A stretch of 64,000 bases of DNA from Callorhinchus milii (lineage: Eukaryota): contig NW_024704742.1 in the NCBI RefSeq assembly GCF_018977255.1, positions 136,650,001-136,714,000 of the forward strand, written 5' to 3'. The translations under genes were made by a program, and so were the position numbers. Positions 61,914 to 64,000 of the stretch are shown one piece after another. The number at the start of each line of letters is the position of its first letter. Position 1 is the first letter of the stretch. The notes under the pieces were generated by a model, which saw only the letters and a program-made list of their open reading frames with translations, ran no database searches and was not told the origin of the DNA.

Positions 61914-62078
61914 TTTTACCAGCCGCCTCCTGCGGAGATACCTGTATGTGTTGGACAGAATGTATTTTCCGCGCTCCCACTGCACCACGCTGCACCAGTG
62001 CTTCTCATCTGTCAATGACACTGGAGAGGACGTAGTGTATTTTCCCTGCTCTAACATTCTCAGGTCCTATGCTAACAG
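61914..62078 (+). CDS. DYM: Dymeclin cassette-type exon (165 nt, symmetric phase 2/2, adds 55 codons)
   Basis: Long polypyrimidine tract, acceptor ctttgtctttcAG, donor AG|GTtaat. Phase fits the preceding exon. Translates (S)FTSRLLRRYLYVLDRMYFPRSHCTTLHQCFSSVNDTGEDVVYFPCSNILRSYAN(S), which resembles the extra segment of the longer mammalian DYM isoform as I recall it. Confidence 0.88.
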
Positions 62079-62135
62079 GTTAATAAAGCTCTGCTGTCCC
62101 TGTGTTTGGTGTTATCTGCCGTCTCTCCCCAGCTT

Positions 62136-63158
62136 TGCATGTCACTGCGATGTTGCCGTGTTGCTCCCCAGAAGCTCTGTTAAAGCCACATCATCTCCTG
62201 ATGTCTTCACTCTTTTTAGAAACGTCTGTAACTTTGCCCGAAAGGGACATCATCTTAAAATTAGTGCTCAAGTCATTTAGGAGTGAAATCAGGAAGCATT
62301 TTTTTCAAAGTAGCCCTCTGCCTAACCTTCGCCCACACCCATAAGCTAACTCGCCCACAAAATATACAGTCAATTCACTTTACAGTATATTCTGTGAAGC
62401 GCTTTGAGACGTCTCGAAGACGTGATAAGGCGCTATATCAAATATAGCAAGGATTATTATTATTAACTCTTCCATTGACAGTTATGAACCCCTGCCCTGA
62501 TTACTTGCTCACATAATTCAAACGAGTCACATTTTAGCAGCAATTTCTATCCAGATACGCAATGGATGATTTAAACTTTCGCTGACTATTATAACTTTGT
62601 GTATTCCCCACATTTCACCCACAAAAAATACACTTGAAAGTATATCCTGTGAGGCGCTTTGAGACGTCTCAACGTCTCAACGACGCACTGTATCAAATGC
62701 AAGGATTATTATTCTAAATTATTTTAGGTGAGGGTGGAGGCGAGAGAGAGAGAGGATGGGTGGAGGCAGAGGGCAAGTGTTCAATGAAGAAGCGTCACGA
62801 TTTGAAACCATTTCACAATTCTGTACCGTTTTGTTTGAAGGAGATTCTCGTGGCTTTAAGCCGTTTTCACACTGCTGCAAGCTGCAGTGGGGGGGGGCAG
62901 GTGCATGTTTGTAAACAGTAATGCGACTGCATGAAAGAATGCGTCATGTTGGTGCAGCAGCAGCATGTTTGCTGGATGCCCACGTGCCCTTTCCCTGGGG
63001 TCAGACTGTTAAATGTACCCATTTCATTCCTAGCCTCTGGCTCATTCTGTGACTTACTCCAATTGTAAGTGGGTCCTGTACAGGGCAGTGTTGGTAATAG
63101 GGCAACTGCCTCCACACAATATTGCACTAAACTGCTAATTTGCCTTTGTCTTTGCATG
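62136..63158 (+). promoter_or_regulatory. Cluster of Rbfox-type intronic splicing motifs downstream of the cassette exon
   Basis: TGCATG at 62136, 62902, 62928 and 63153, plus GCATG at 62963. All lie in non-repeat sequence. Confidence 0.6.
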
Positions 63159-64000
63159 TGTCTCTGTGTGGATTTCAGCGGGGGAAAGTGTATTCATTCT
63201 TCTGTGCATTATACAGGAAGGTAGGAGGGAGGAGGCTTGTGGGAGTATAAGCACCGATGGACTAGTTGGGCTAGATGGCCTGTTTCCATGCTATGTATCC
63301 ATAGCCAAAGCCTTTGTGACTGTGGAGTTTTCTTTGCCCAATTTTTACCTCCTGACATCACCTGCTCTCTACACGACCCTGACCTCACTCCCCCTCCAGA
63401 AGTGCCTCTCCATTTTTTTTTGTGTTCCTGATTCCAGAGGGCAGTGCCAGCCTATCTGAGCTCAGATACCACAGCCCAGACAAGAGATTGGACCGGAATC
63501 TGCCTGGTACAGTGCTTTAGCATGAGCAAAAGGAGTTTGAACAACTTGATAATGATAATAATCCTTGCATTTGAAATAGAGCTTTATCACGTCTTCAAGA
63601 CTTCTCAAAGCGCTTCACAGAATATACTGTAATGTGAATTGATTGTATATCCAACTAATCTCAATCCTTCCCAACATCCCAGTATTCCCAGGCCTTGAGC
63701 ACTTGCGCCTCACAGCCTTGCTGGTACCAGCTGGTGAAGAATAGCCTTTTGAAGGAGTTTGTCAGTGTCTGTGAGGCTGACCCCCATTCAGCACACCTCG
63801 GCCCCGCTAGGAAGGGGGTTGGGGTGGGGACTGAAATGATTTTTTTTCTTATTTTGAAAATCTGATTTTCTTCCATTCACTAACATTGAAATGGATGTTA
63901 AAAACTCCGCTTTCAAACACTTCAGTGCAGCTGGAGGAGAGCTGGTAACTATAAATTCTCTAATCTGCCGGACTTGTGTGAGAACAAAAAGCTAGCGTTT

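Noticed and set aside
1..64000. CRISPR array or other prokaryotic/viral system
   Set aside because: Recurring motifs are dispersed SINE/LINE tails at irregular spacing in both orientations. There are no operon-like ORFs and the locus is a spliced vertebrate gene.

Overview
Vertebrate nuclear DNA, not prokaryotic. The repeat content points to a cartilaginous fish, most likely a holocephalan such as Callorhinchus (inference). The window is an internal part of the dymeclin gene (DYM) on the + strand. Six constitutive coding exons (2597-2739, 28966-29148, 29964-30142, 33004-33129, 47612-47725, 49640-49734) have canonical AG/GT boundaries and splice into one open frame. A 165-nt frame-preserving cassette-type exon (61914-62078) is followed by a cluster of TGCATG (Rbfox) motifs. 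The start and end of the gene lie outside the window. The introns are packed with tRNA(Ala)-headed SINEs, DeuSINE-like SINEs, L2 and CR1 LINE 3' fragments, a hAT-like MITE and an unclassified ~270-bp repeat family. The strongest unexplained signals are a ~115-bp, ~92%-complementary inverted repeat (46187-46300 / 47203-47318) ending ~290 nt upstream of an exon, a compact multi-hairpin element (44750-44905), several perfect hairpins, and repeat-free islands that look like enhancers. Almost all ORFs in the supplied track are artefacts of repeats or low complexity. Exon coordinates are exact; repeat boundaries are approximate.
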